This document shows, piece after piece, positions 17,610 to 26,571 of a stretch of 64,000 nucleotides of DNA (position 1 is its first letter; every line of letters starts with the position of its first letter). Where the stretch lies: assembly GCA_039585235.1 (NCBI GenBank), contig JBDGWG010000022.1, forward strand, positions 780 through 64,779, given 5' to 3'. The notes beneath the pieces were generated by a model, which had not been told where the DNA came from, ran no database searches, and saw only the letters and a program-made list of their open reading frames with translations. This DNA is from Gemmatimonadota bacterium. GTDB lineage: Bacteria > Gemmatimonadota > Gemmatimonadetes > Palauibacterales > Palauibacteraceae. The translations under genes were made by a program, and so were the position numbers.

Positions 17610-18146
17610 ATGTTTCGTGGTCACAAACAGTGGTCCGCTCTAGCCCTTGTCGCGCTGCTCGCTGCCTGCGCGACCCAGGACGCAGCGGACTACGCGGAAG
17701 AGAGTGCAGAGGCCGTGGCCTCCGCCGTCCTGGGCGCTGAAGCCGCCGCCGCCGTGCTGGACGGGATCGAACAGGCCTTCATCGGTGCGTACAACGGGGG
17801 AGACGCCGAGGGCATCGCCGCGTTGTTCACGGCAGATGGCACGCAGGCCTCGCCCCTGGTGCCGACGCTGGACCAAGCGGGGATCGTGGAGGCCTACAAC
17901 GCTCAGTTCGCAGCGGGCGGCGACCGTGTTCTGGATGTGATGAGGGAAGACATCCTCGTGGGCGACGGCTACATGTCCGCGTGGGGCGGCTGGGTCGTGA
18001 CGCTCACGGTGGAGGGAGCCGAGCCGGTAGAGATGAACGGTCGCTGGGGCTCCGTATACCGCCTGGAGGCGGACGGCTCCTGGAAGATCTATCGCCACAT
18101 GTTCAACTACGTTGTGCCGCCTGAGGGATTCGGCCAGGACATGTAG
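17610..18146 (+). CDS. SnoaL/DUF4440-like (NTF2-fold) lipoprotein
   Basis: The ATG at 17610 follows GGGAGG. Lipobox LLAAC. The pattern AFIGAYNGGDAEGIAALFTADG is typical of DUF4440. Confidence 0.65.
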   Translation: MFRGHKQWSALALVALLAACATQDAADYAEESAEAVASAVLGAEAAAAVLDGIEQAFIGAYNGGDAEGIAALFTADGTQASPLVPTLDQAGIVEAYNAQFAAGGDRVLDVMREDILVGDGYMSAWGGWVVTLTVEGAEPVEMNGRWGSVYRLEADGSWKIYRHMFNYVVPPEGFGQDM

Positions 18147-18213
18147 AACGGTGTGCGCCGCGGGGCCGGAACGGCCTGGCTCCGCGGTGCTTCACCACCT
18201 CAGCCGCGGAGGA

Positions 18214-18405
18214 TCACGCCGTGAATCGGGTGATCAACCAGAGCCCCGCAAGCGCGAGCAGCCCGCCGAACGCCCACCACGCCAGGCGCTTCGCGAAGCG
18301 CAATCCCGCTGGCTCCATCGTGCCCAATACGCGATGACACGTGGGGCACGTAAGTGCAGCGTCGGAAACCACTCCGCCGCAATCCGGACACTCTGTAAGG
18401 GGCAT
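18214..18405 (-). CDS. Small zinc-ribbon protein with a C-terminal TM helix
   Basis: CPDCGG...CPTCH, followed by WWAFGGLLALAGLWLI. The ATG at 18405 is preceded by AGGAGA. Confidence 0.55.
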   Translation of the reverse strand: MPLTECPDCGGVVSDAALTCPTCHRVLGTMEPAGLRFAKRLAWWAFGGLLALAGLWLITRFTA

Positions 18406-18625
18406 GGGGTCTCCTGTCCGAGACTTTGTGCCCCACGAACGCACAGACGTCCGGCGGGTGTCAATCCGTCAAACGAGCTTGCTGTGTCAAGCCCCCAGAC
18501 AGCCCTGACTTCCGGCTCTGCCTGGAGCGGCGGCGGAATCGACGTGGTTTCGTGGTGGGCTGCGGTACGAGGCGGAGGCGGAGGTGCCGGGGTCACCGTC
18601 CTGGCGACCCCGGCCTTCATGTGGC

Positions 18626-19846
18626 TCAGCGAGCCAGGCGCACCATCAGGTCCGAGGCCACCTGGTTGAACACCGCTCGCAACTGCGAGGCGTCGGGCGC
18701 GAAGTAGCTCTTCCCGGCCGGCTGGCTGCCGTCCGTCGCCCCGTCCACGTTCGCGAGCTCACTCAGGAAGGCCAGGTTCGGCTGGAAGGCCGGATCGGAA
18801 TAGGTCGTGTTCCCCAGGGCGATCGTGTACACGAGTACGTCTTTGCTCCGGATCTGGTTGGCCATCTGCCTGCCGAGGTCGTGGTTCAAGCCGTCGGAGG
18901 CCACGGGCTGAGGCGCCGACTGCTCGCTCCACGTGGCGCAGTAACTGACGCCGCGGCAGCCGCTCGCCGAGACCGTGCCGTCGATCGGCAGGGCGTCTGG
19001 ATTGTTGTAGTAGCCGCCGAGACTGTTGGGTGGGAGATCCTGGTTCGTCGCCAGGATGCGGTCCTGTCCGCCGATCGTGCCGCGGAAGGCCGTCGGGCGT
19101 CCGTCGGTGAAGAACACCACGACCTTGGCCGAGCGCTCGCGCACGTCGGGGCTCGTGATCTGCTCGTGAGCCAGTCTGAGCCCCTCGCCATAGTTGGTCC
19201 AGCCAGCGGACGACATCCCGTTGATCCTGGATTCGATCGACCCCCGGAAGCCGTGCGCGATCTGGAACCGGTGCGCGGCTCGCGTCTGGAACGAGACGAG
19301 ACCGAGCTGGTCGAGATCGTCGTCGAAGTAGCGGATGAACTCGTTGGCCGCGACCTGCAGGTCGTCCCATGCCCCGACGGTCCCGAGGGAGCCGGACTGA
19401 TCGATCACGAGCACCAGGTCGACAGGCGGTACGGCCGCCACGGACCTCGCCAGCACGTTGATGTGGTCGATTCCCAGAAGGCGCATCAGGATGGTCGGTA
19501 ACGTCTGCGCTGCACTCACCTCGAACGTGCTCTCGCCCTTCTCGTCGGTATCGACGCGCATGTTCAGGCTGGCGCCGTTGAGCGTCGACCCCACGCCGTT
19601 GGCATACGCGGCGGCCGTGGCCTGCTCGCGCGCCACCGTCTCGCCCGAGCGGAGCGTGCGCGCCCCGGTGAGGGCTGCGGCGTCCACGGCCCGCACCAGG
19701 CGCAGGCGTGCCAGGTATCCGCGACCGGAGTCTACGGCCAGGCCCGTCATGCCCAGCATGAAGACCATGCCCGCTGCCACGAGTATGAGAACCGAACCCC
19801 GGGTGTCTCTGACCAATCGGCCTAGCGTGTCGATAAACATCTTCAT
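18626..19846 (-). CDS. TadG-like pseudopilin with a von Willebrand factor A domain
   Basis: The N-terminal Tad-type segment is RGSVLILVAAGMVFMLGMTGLAVDSGRGY. The VWA MIDAS-like motif is DLVLVIDQSGS. Confidence 0.8.
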   Translation of the reverse strand: MKMFIDTLGRLVRDTRGSVLILVAAGMVFMLGMTGLAVDSGRGYLARLRLVRAVDAAALTGARTLRSGETVAREQATAAAYANGVGSTLNGASLNMRVDTDEKGESTFEVSAAQTLPTILMRLLGIDHINVLARSVAAVPPVDLVLVIDQSGSLGTVGAWDDLQVAANEFIRYFDDDLDQLGLVSFQTRAAHRFQIAHGFRGSIESRINGMSSAGWTNYGEGLRLAHEQITSPDVRERSAKVVVFFTDGRPTAFRGTIGGQDRILATNQDLPPNSLGGYYNNPDALPIDGTVSASGCRGVSYCATWSEQSAPQPVASDGLNHDLGRQMANQIRSKDVLVYTIALGNTTYSDPAFQPNLAFLSELANVDGATDGSQPAGKSYFAPDASQLRAVFNQVASDLMVRLAR

Positions 19847-19864
19847 TCTCTCTCTGAATGCCGT

Positions 19865-20428
19865 TTAGAAGACAGCGCGTTCGTAAAGCACCGAGGGCAC
19901 CACCGCCTCGACCAACCCGGCCAGGGGAGTAACGGGCTCGTAGGTCAGGAAGACCTCGACCGCGTAGTGCGTGCTTCCCTCGGCGAAACCGGCCATGGCG
20001 ATCCAGTCGGCGGCCGTCGAGTCGGCCGCGGTGATCCGGCTGGAGCTGTCGTATCCGAGCGACGAGACCTGGGCCAGCACCACCGGCTGTCCACCCTCGA
20101 TGACCACGCGGCTGACGATCGCGCCGCCGTTACCCGCCATGTCCAGTGTTTCTCCGTTCGCCACCACGGTCGTCAGGACTTCGCTCAGAGCCGAGCCCCG
20201 GGCCGCGATGTTCGCTCCCTCGCGGCTCAACCCGGCCAATCCGTGCACCCGGTCGTAAGCGTGCGAGAACTCGACCATGCCGAGAAGGATCACCAGGATC
20301 ACTGGAAGCGCCAGCGCGAATTCGGCGACTCCCTGGCCGCTGTCCGAGCGGAGCAGGCGGGCCAGACCGCGCTTCGTGTGCAGGCCGGGCCTGTGTGTGC
20401 GTGTCCGGGTCATATTCATCGTGCGCAT
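19865..20428 (-). CDS. TadE-like pseudopilin
   Basis: GQGVAEFALALPVILVILLGMVEFSHAY is a TadE-type N-terminus. The gap to the downstream tadG-like gene is 18 nt. Confidence 0.8.
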   Translation of the reverse strand: MRTMNMTRTRTHRPGLHTKRGLARLLRSDSGQGVAEFALALPVILVILLGMVEFSHAYDRVHGLAGLSREGANIAARGSALSEVLTTVVANGETLDMAGNGGAIVSRVVIEGGQPVVLAQVSSLGYDSSSRITAADSTAADWIAMAGFAEGSTHYAVEVFLTYEPVTPLAGLVEAVVPSVLYERAVF

Positions 20429-20451
20429 CTCGAATTCGTCCTTTCCAGCCT

Positions 20452-20961
20452 TCAGGAGCCCGAAGTCTCGTAGAACGGCTCGTTCCGCATGGCTGTCGCG
20501 ACCGAGAAGGTCATATGCGGGAGCACATCCATGAAGCCAGGCACGGTGTAGTCGTAGGAGTACGTGAGCGTGATTCGCACTATATCTTCAGGGCCGCCGC
20601 CATCCGCAGGGTCGATGACGATCGACTCCGGGGTGACGGGCAGCGTATACGCGCTTTCGGAAACCATGCGACGGATCGAGCTCGCCCTGTCCATCAGGTC
20701 GCCCGTGTCGTCGTCGGTGAGCTGGTTGCCGGTGATGGCGAAGCGAGTGGCCTCGATCACCGCGTGCCGCGCCGTGAGGCGCGTTTGGAACATGCGGCCA
20801 AACTCGAAGATGGACGCGAACAGCATGAGCAGCATCGGGGTGACGAGCGCCATTTCCACAAGTGCGCTGCCGCGGGAGCAGCGGATCACCCGCGCGACGC
20901 GCATCATGGCTCCGTCGTGCGTTCTGTCGCTGTGTCGCCGATTCCCGAGCTTTCCGTTCAT
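20452..20961 (-). CDS. TadE-like pseudopilin
   Basis: GSALVEMALVTPMLLMLFASIFEFGRMF. The gap to the next gene is 23 nt. Confidence 0.8.
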   Translation of the reverse strand: MNGKLGNRRHSDRTHDGAMMRVARVIRCSRGSALVEMALVTPMLLMLFASIFEFGRMFQTRLTARHAVIEATRFAITGNQLTDDDTGDLMDRASSIRRMVSESAYTLPVTPESIVIDPADGGGPEDIVRITLTYSYDYTVPGFMDVLPHMTFSVATAMRNEPFYETSGS

Positions 20962-21043
20962 CGCTTTCCACCCTTGGCTTCCAGTTGGTTCATGGGCGGT
21001 GCGTCCGAGCCATCAGGCGCTCCGCGTGTTCGACCCTGGTAGA

Positions 21044-21059
21044 AGCACCGGGTGTGCCA
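21044..21059 (-). promoter_or_regulatory. Sigma54-like -24/-12 promoter upstream of the tadE-tadE-tadG operon
   Basis: The minus strand reads TGGCAC-ACCCG-GTGCT with GG-N10-GC spacing. The predicted leader is about 70 nt. Confidence 0.45.
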
Positions 21060-21410
21060 CATTCATTGCGGCGGGAGCCTTACGGTGGTGTAATGGGCTG
21101 TAAAATATGCATTTACGTGTCGCCGCGGTCGAGGCGATGGTGGGTGGTCGGTGCGCGGAGTGTGGCATCGAGGCCGCAATCCGGGCTTTGGGCGACCTGG
21201 CGGGTGTCGGGCCGATCGGGGTCGCACCGCAGCCGGAATCCGCGTAAACGCTTGTGTTATTGACCTATGTGGGCCGTGAGACAGCCTTCATTCTTGACGG
21301 CTGATACGTGTGGATTCGCTCAGTCACCTGTGTGGCGGGCGTGCAGACACGCCTCCTCAATGACCTGGGATTCGGCCTGAATCTAAGGGCTCCCTCTCGT
21401 CTGCGACCTA

Positions 21411-21716
21411 CTACGATGCCTCATGCAGCTCAAGCACCGGCTCCAACTCGAGAAGAAGGAGGGACTCCGGCACCGGGCGTCGTCGGAAACGGCCCGACAT
21501 CAGGTCGTCAGCGGTGCCTGCCACGTCGACCTTGCTTGCCACGTCAACCTTGCGTGCGCGCGAAGCAACGGCCTCGGCCCGCACTCCAGCCGCTGTTTCT
21601 TCGGCTTCTGCCACTTTATTGAAGCAGATTCCGAAGTGTTCCGTGTTGTCGATCAGGCAGAAGTCGGCATACGCGAGTCCGATGAGCACCGCGGCGATAA
21701 TCAGGAATACCAGCAT
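21411..21716 (-). CDS. Candidate small membrane protein (101 aa), uncertain
   Basis: The ATG at 21716 has GAGG about 10 nt upstream. The N-terminal TM segment is MLVFLIIAAVLIGLAYADF. Third-position GC is moderately elevated, and no homology was recognised. Confidence 0.3.
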   Translation of the reverse strand: MLVFLIIAAVLIGLAYADFCLIDNTEHFGICFNKVAEAEETAAGVRAEAVASRARKVDVASKVDVAGTADDLMSGRFRRRPVPESLLLLELEPVLELHEAS

Positions 21717-21922
21717 GACATCCGTACCTCGTGTTAGAGCACCAGTTCCACGGTGCGAGGGCGGCGTCACCTGGCCGTCAGGCGACTCGGCAGACGCTCG
21801 GCCGGAATTCGTCGCGTCTCGGGTCCCCAAGGACAGCACGATGTATCCGAGTGCGCAACGGTTTGCCGACTTCGCCGAGCGTGTAATCTTCATAACTGCA
21901 ATCATGTCATATGGTTGCGACT

Positions 21923-21938
21923 TGGCATACATCTCGCA
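21923..21938 (+). promoter_or_regulatory. Sigma54-like -24/-12 promoter upstream of the OM beta-barrel gene at 22009
   Basis: TGGCAT-ACATC-TCGCA has GG-N10-GC spacing, and the leader is about 60 nt. The core is nearly identical to the element at 62322. Confidence 0.4.
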
Positions 21939-22008
21939 AAAGGTCACCCGACCGGGCGCTCCGGCGTCCGAAACCGAGGTTGTGAGTCTTTTCACAGGAA
22001 GGAACGCC

Positions 22009-22659
22009 GTGCGTGGGATTCGCCTGCAGGCGGTCACTGTGGTGGCGCTTTGCGCGCTATCTCCAGTGGTACCGTCGGACACACCCGTTTTCCAAGCCGC
22101 CCTGGCACTTGCCCAGGCGCCGGCACCGTCATCGCTCCCGTCTGATGATCCAGAGACGGTATCGGTGAAACCCGGGGGCTTGTGGTACGGATTCGCTCTG
22201 GGTTGGGGATGGTCGCGCGTGGACTGCGACATCTGCCGCGGCAACCTCGTGGGAGGAGCGACGGGGATGCTGCGCGGCGGCATCACCCAGAGCCGAGCGC
22301 TGGACCTCGGGTTGGAGATCAACGGCTGGCACCAGAGCCAGGAAGGCGTGGACCGGTGGCACGGGACGTTCAGCCTCATGGCCTACTTCTTTCCCGGCCC
22401 CGTGCGTCGACTCTCTCTTAACGGCGGTCTCGGCATCAACCTGTATCGCGCCTCGGATGCCGAGAACGCGTTCACCAGCACCGGCTTCGGACCACAGTTC
22501 GGGGCTGGCTACGAAATCCCGATCGGACGCGGCCTTACTCTCACGCCGCAGCTCGATGTGGTGGCCGGTGGGTTGGGCGACCTCGAGTTCAACGGAGAGG
22601 GACTCGGGTCGGGCAACCTCCAGCTGATCAAGCTCGGAATCGGACTCACCTGGCATTAG
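22009..22659 (+). CDS. Small outer-membrane beta-barrel protein
   Basis: The GTG at 22009 is preceded by AGGAAGG. The signal peptide is RLQAVTVVALCALS. Alternating beta-strand patterns are present (GFGPQFGAGYEIPI, LIKLGIGLTWH). The upstream part of the 381-aa track ORF looks non-coding. Confidence 0.7.
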   Translation: MRGIRLQAVTVVALCALSPVVPSDTPVFQAALALAQAPAPSSLPSDDPETVSVKPGGLWYGFALGWGWSRVDCDICRGNLVGGATGMLRGGITQSRALDLGLEINGWHQSQEGVDRWHGTFSLMAYFFPGPVRRLSLNGGLGINLYRASDAENAFTSTGFGPQFGAGYEIPIGRGLTLTPQLDVVAGGLGDLEFNGEGLGSGNLQLIKLGIGLTWH

Positions 22660-22691
22660 ACCGCCTCACGTACGCACACGGAGGATTCTTC

Positions 22692-23933
22692 ATGAGACGT
22701 TCAGGTTGGATCGGTGCATCGCTATCGCTGGTCGTGGGATTGATCGGAGTCAGCGCGTGCGGGGGCGACGGCGACGGACTCGATCTGGGTCCATCGGGCG
22801 GCAACGGAGGTCTCAGTCATGCGGTGGGCCGCTGGGAGCCCGGGTCGGGGGACACCTGCACGAAAGAAATCCACGACAGTCACACGACGGTAGGCCCGGA
22901 CGGCAAGGTATATCCGACCTGGCATCCGCCAGCGGACCCGGCTTCCGGGTGCACGTTCGGACATGAGCACGGCCGCGACCCGCGTGGCTCAGATCTGTAC
23001 GAGGAGGTCGGCGGCGTCCCATTCGGGTACGCGAACGAGCAGCTGGATGCCTACGATCCGGCCCTTCAACGGCACGAGGACCACGTGGGACACAAGATCG
23101 ACTGGGAGAACGACTTCGAGTTGCACTACTCGGGCGACGCCGCGGGACAGTTGCTCCAGGGCTCGCGCTGCGACGCTCTGGTCAAGCTGCACCAGGGGTC
23201 CCACTCGAAGGACGCGTTTACCAACAACGTGCACGAGCTCGTGTATCACATCCGCTGCGACGATGGCACGGACATGAGCCTGACGCTACTCGCCGCCATC
23301 GGGACCCCGGGTGAGTTCGTCTCGACGTGTGACCGCGACCTGCACATCACCGCTGGCAGTCCCACCCCGCTGGGATCGCCGAGTGGCGGCGGGAAACGGA
23401 TCATTCCGACCCGGGAATGCGTGGAGCAGCACATGCTCGTGCCGCCGGGTGAGCGCTCCAACTTCAGCTCCGCGCTGCGGGAGAGCTGGCAGATCTCACA
23501 GTCGATCCGCACCTCTTCAGGCCGGACCGTGGCCAGCGTGAACCCGTACTTCAATGTCTTGCGCCCGAGCCGATTCTACGATCCGGCGCAGGAGGGCCTC
23601 GTAGGCCGGCCGATCGACGTATGCTACGAGGAAGCGGCCTCGGGGGAGCGCGCGGAGGGAAGCGACTGCGACGAATCGACGGCGAACGGCAGCCTCCCGG
23701 ACGTGTCGTGGGACGACCCGCGATCCGCGTTCGACGGGGCCCAGCGGTCCGTCGATATCAACAGCAACCGGATCAGCAACTCGGAGGGGCCGACGGTATG
23801 GTACACGGACCCGTTCGGGAAAAACGGCCGGGAAGAGCCATTCCAGGGCAGCGTGCGCCAGTACATTGCGGCGGTCGACAATGTTCTGGCGATCAACCCA
23901 TCTGGCCCCACGTTTGGTCACCGCCGAGAGTAA
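22692..23933 (+). CDS. Lipoprotein of unknown function with His-rich motifs
   Basis: GGAGG RBS and lipobox GVSAC. Motifs are WHPPADPASGCTFGHEHGRDP, HEDHVGHK and HQGSHSKD. Confidence 0.7.
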   Translation: MRRSGWIGASLSLVVGLIGVSACGGDGDGLDLGPSGGNGGLSHAVGRWEPGSGDTCTKEIHDSHTTVGPDGKVYPTWHPPADPASGCTFGHEHGRDPRGSDLYEEVGGVPFGYANEQLDAYDPALQRHEDHVGHKIDWENDFELHYSGDAAGQLLQGSRCDALVKLHQGSHSKDAFTNNVHELVYHIRCDDGTDMSLTLLAAIGTPGEFVSTCDRDLHITAGSPTPLGSPSGGGKRIIPTRECVEQHMLVPPGERSNFSSALRESWQISQSIRTSSGRTVASVNPYFNVLRPSRFYDPAQEGLVGRPIDVCYEEAASGERAEGSDCDESTANGSLPDVSWDDPRSAFDGAQRSVDINSNRISNSEGPTVWYTDPFGKNGREEPFQGSVRQYIAAVDNVLAINPSGPTFGHRRE

Positions 23934-24012
23934 ACCGGCAAGGAGCTAACGTCCCTGGCTATTCCAGGATCGCAAAACGCGGCGGATTCGTCAAACGCGC
24001 TCAATGAGGCGT

Positions 24013-24026
24013 GCATGAATTCATGC
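24013..24026. promoter_or_regulatory. 14-bp perfect palindrome upstream of the OM barrel gene at 24185
   Basis: GCATGAATTCATGC lies in the intergenic region. Confidence 0.25.
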
Positions 24027-24184
24027 CAGGCCACCCAGTTACCACCGCAACTAATGGACGAACATGGGTTTAGGCGGTTGTCGCGGTTCATCTAGGTGCG
24101 GCGAGGGACTTGCATGACGGCACGGGGAGCCGCCACGCACGGGCGTTGCGGCCTTGGATGTCACCGCAGACGAGGATTGGAATC

Positions 24185-24835
24185 ATGTTGAAGTCAGTTC
24201 GGACGACCGTGCTGGTGTGCGTGCTGTCTCTCACGCCGATGACGCTACTTGCACAAGACGGTGGCGTGAACCTGGACCTCGGGGTCAAGGCTGGCGTCAA
24301 CCTGGCTACGTTGAACGGCGAGGGAGAATCGCCGGGGCGCCGTACGGGGTTCATCGGCGGAGGTCATCTCACCATCTCGCTTCCCAACTCGATGTTCTAC
24401 TTCCAGCCGGAGCTCCTGTACTCGATGAAGGGGTTCAGCGAGAGCGACGAGGGCATCACAGGGACGCTGGCGCTCGACTACATCGACGTGCCGGTCCTCG
24501 TGGGCATCCACTTCGCGACCGGCGGCAGCGTGACCCCCCGCGTCTTCGCCGGGCCTCAGGCGAGCTTCAAGACGAGCTGCAAGCTGAAGGGCGGCCAGGA
24601 TGGCAGCAACGTCTCGATTCCGTGCGACGACGAGTTGATCGGAGAGTTCTTCGGCGCCAGTAGCGTCCTGTTCGACCTGCTGTTTGGCGCCGGACTGGAC
24701 TTCGACATGGGCAAGCTGGACATCGTGTTCGACGCCCGGTACGACCTCGGTCTGACGAACGTCCTCGATCTCGGCGATTCCAAGATGAGCGCCTGGCAGT
24801 TCCTGGCCGGCGTGGCCTTCCCGCTCGGCAACTGA
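24185..24835 (+). CDS. Outer-membrane beta-barrel protein (OMP_b-brl_2 / PorT-like)
   Basis: The ATG at 24185 begins MLKSVRTTVLVCVLSLTPMTLLA. Motifs are LDLGVKAGVNLATL, FQPELLYSMKGF, DYIDVPVLV and RYDLGLTNV. It is a clear paralogue of 51576-52208. Confidence 0.8.
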   Translation: MLKSVRTTVLVCVLSLTPMTLLAQDGGVNLDLGVKAGVNLATLNGEGESPGRRTGFIGGGHLTISLPNSMFYFQPELLYSMKGFSESDEGITGTLALDYIDVPVLVGIHFATGGSVTPRVFAGPQASFKTSCKLKGGQDGSNVSIPCDDELIGEFFGASSVLFDLLFGAGLDFDMGKLDIVFDARYDLGLTNVLDLGDSKMSAWQFLAGVAFPLGN

Positions 24836-24840
24836 CCGAC

Positions 24841-24881
24841 CCTCGGGTGCGCCTGGCGATTGCGTCGGGCGCACCCCGAGG
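24841..24881. terminator. Hairpin between convergent genes
   Basis: CCTCGGGTGCGCC ... GGGCGCACCCCGAGG forms a 13-14 bp stem with one bulge. Confidence 0.5.
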
Positions 24882-24925
24882 TCTCACCAGACGGTTCGCG
24901 CTTTCCGGTGAACGTTGACGTCGTC

Positions 24926-25330
24926 TCAGGCGTCGTTTTGGGCTTCGTCCGAGGGTGCGTCCGCGGCTTCGTCCGAGGCCGCCTCTGAAGCTGCCTCTGA
25001 GCCTGGGTCTGGGGTCGCCTCTGGGGCCGCGTCCGAGATACCGAGCGCCTCTCCGAGCTTCGTCAGGAGGTCCCGCACGCCCCACTCGATTTCGTGGAAC
25101 GGGTCCCACTCGGGAGTCTCGCTGCCCGCGTCGCCCTCCGAGGCCGGAGCCCTCTTCACCAGTCGGACTCGCGTTCCGCTCAGCACCATCGCGTCGAATT
25201 CGGCGTCTTCACTTTCGATGACGAGCTTCTTCCACCCCACTCTCGGATAACGGAGAGCCGCCACGACGCGGCCCTTGTCGTCCGTGAGAGTGAGCCTCAG
25301 CGGTCCGTTGCTGATCTTCATCTCTGCCAT
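24926..25330 (-). CDS. Hypothetical protein with an acidic Ala/Ser/Glu-rich tail
   Basis: The start lies 4 nt after the stop of the serine hydrolase gene. No family was recognised. Confidence 0.55.
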   Translation of the reverse strand: MAEMKISNGPLRLTLTDDKGRVVAALRYPRVGWKKLVIESEDAEFDAMVLSGTRVRLVKRAPASEGDAGSETPEWDPFHEIEWGVRDLLTKLGEALGISDAAPEATPDPGSEAASEAASDEAADAPSDEAQNDA

Positions 25331-25333
25331 GTC

Positions 25334-26542
25334 TCATCTCCTGAACATCTCCAACGCCGCGCCAATGACTTCCTCAACGACTTCGGTCTCGCCGGAGTTA
25401 GTGAGATAGATCACGATGGCGTTCCGGTGTGGAATCGCCATGCCGAGCGTGCCAGTCGCCCCGCGATGTCCGAACGCCGGCGCCGCGCCTGCCGCAGGCG
25501 GAGTCTCGTAGATCTCCCAGTGCATTCCGTACCACCGGGGCCTCACTGGCAATGTATCGGCCGCCGTCGGGTCCGCCAGCGCCTCCTGTATTGTCGCGGC
25601 CTGCAGAAACTGCCCTCCCGTGTATGCGCCCCGGTCAATCCACATCTGTAGGAAGCGGGCGTAGTCGAAGGCGCTCCCGAACAGGTCGCCGGCCGGGCTG
25701 AACCAGCTTGTCTCATGCGGCCGGGCCGGGTTCCACCAGCGCTCCCACGAAGTGCCCCCCCAGCTCCGGTATGAGGACGGCACCCGGTTCGCCCATTCCG
25801 CCTCCGGAGAGAAGGCGGTGTGCGTGTCCGACAGGCCGAGCGGTTCGAGGATACGCTCCTCGATGAATCGCTCGACCGGCGTCTCGGATACCACTGCGAC
25901 CACGGCGCCCAGGACTTCCGAGTTGAGGTTCGAGTAGACGAACCTCTCGCCTGGTTCGTACGTTGGACCCTGTTCGCCGACGAGACGCGCCGCATCGACC
26001 AGGGTGGGCTGGTCCGCGTAGCCAGGCGGATCGCCGCCCTGGACGAAGCCGGATCGATGTGTGAGCAGGTCCCTGACCGTGATGCGGCTTGCAGATCCGG
26101 ACCGGAAGGAGGACAGGTACCGCCCAACGGTCTCGTCCAGCCTCAGGCGTCCCTCGTCGGCAAGCATCAGGGCGGCGGTGCCGGCGAACGGCTTCGTCAT
26201 CGAGGCGAGGCGGAAGATCGAGTTCCGTTCCATCGGCACGAGATCGTCCCGGTCCGCCCACCCCATCGCCTGGTGGAGCACGATCCGCCCATCCACGATC
26301 ACCAGGATCTCCGCCCCCACGACGTGCCGAGCCAGTACCCGGGAATACAGGCGCTCCTTGAACAACCAGAGCGCGTCCGACGAGAGGCTTACGGCCTCCG
26401 AGGATTCAGCGTACGGGAATGGAGCGTCCTCGAGCGGCGTACGCGCAGTTCGAGGAGACCCGGGGCGCGACGGATCGTCGACGCCGCACCCGGATGCCAG
26501 TGCGGCGGCGAGCGCCAGGAGGCCGATACGACCGAGCTTCAT
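25334..26542 (-). CDS. Serine hydrolase, beta-lactamase/PBP4*-like (class C fold), secreted
   Basis: Lipobox LASGC. The SxxK motif is FRLASMTKPF, and a YSN motif is present (FVYSNLN). Confidence 0.8.
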   Translation of the reverse strand: MKLGRIGLLALAAALASGCGVDDPSRPGSPRTARTPLEDAPFPYAESSEAVSLSSDALWLFKERLYSRVLARHVVGAEILVIVDGRIVLHQAMGWADRDDLVPMERNSIFRLASMTKPFAGTAALMLADEGRLRLDETVGRYLSSFRSGSASRITVRDLLTHRSGFVQGGDPPGYADQPTLVDAARLVGEQGPTYEPGERFVYSNLNSEVLGAVVAVVSETPVERFIEERILEPLGLSDTHTAFSPEAEWANRVPSSYRSWGGTSWERWWNPARPHETSWFSPAGDLFGSAFDYARFLQMWIDRGAYTGGQFLQAATIQEALADPTAADTLPVRPRWYGMHWEIYETPPAAGAAPAFGHRGATGTLGMAIPHRNAIVIYLTNSGETEVVEEVIGAALEMFRR

Positions 26543-26571
26543 TCCACTCCCACCTGCCTGTAGCGCTCGAC

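Noticed and set aside
21163-21178. Additional sigma54-like element TGGCAT-CGAGG-CCGCA on the plus strand
   Set aside because: The -12 half is poor (CCGC), and there is no plus-strand gene for 830 nt. It is mentioned under the intergenic-gap finding but not called as a feature.
21514-22008. N-terminal 165 codons of the 381-aa track ORF
   Set aside because: The translation upstream of the GTG at 22009 is junk-like and overlaps the AT-rich promoter region. A signal peptide with a good RBS begins at 22009, so the gene was shortened.
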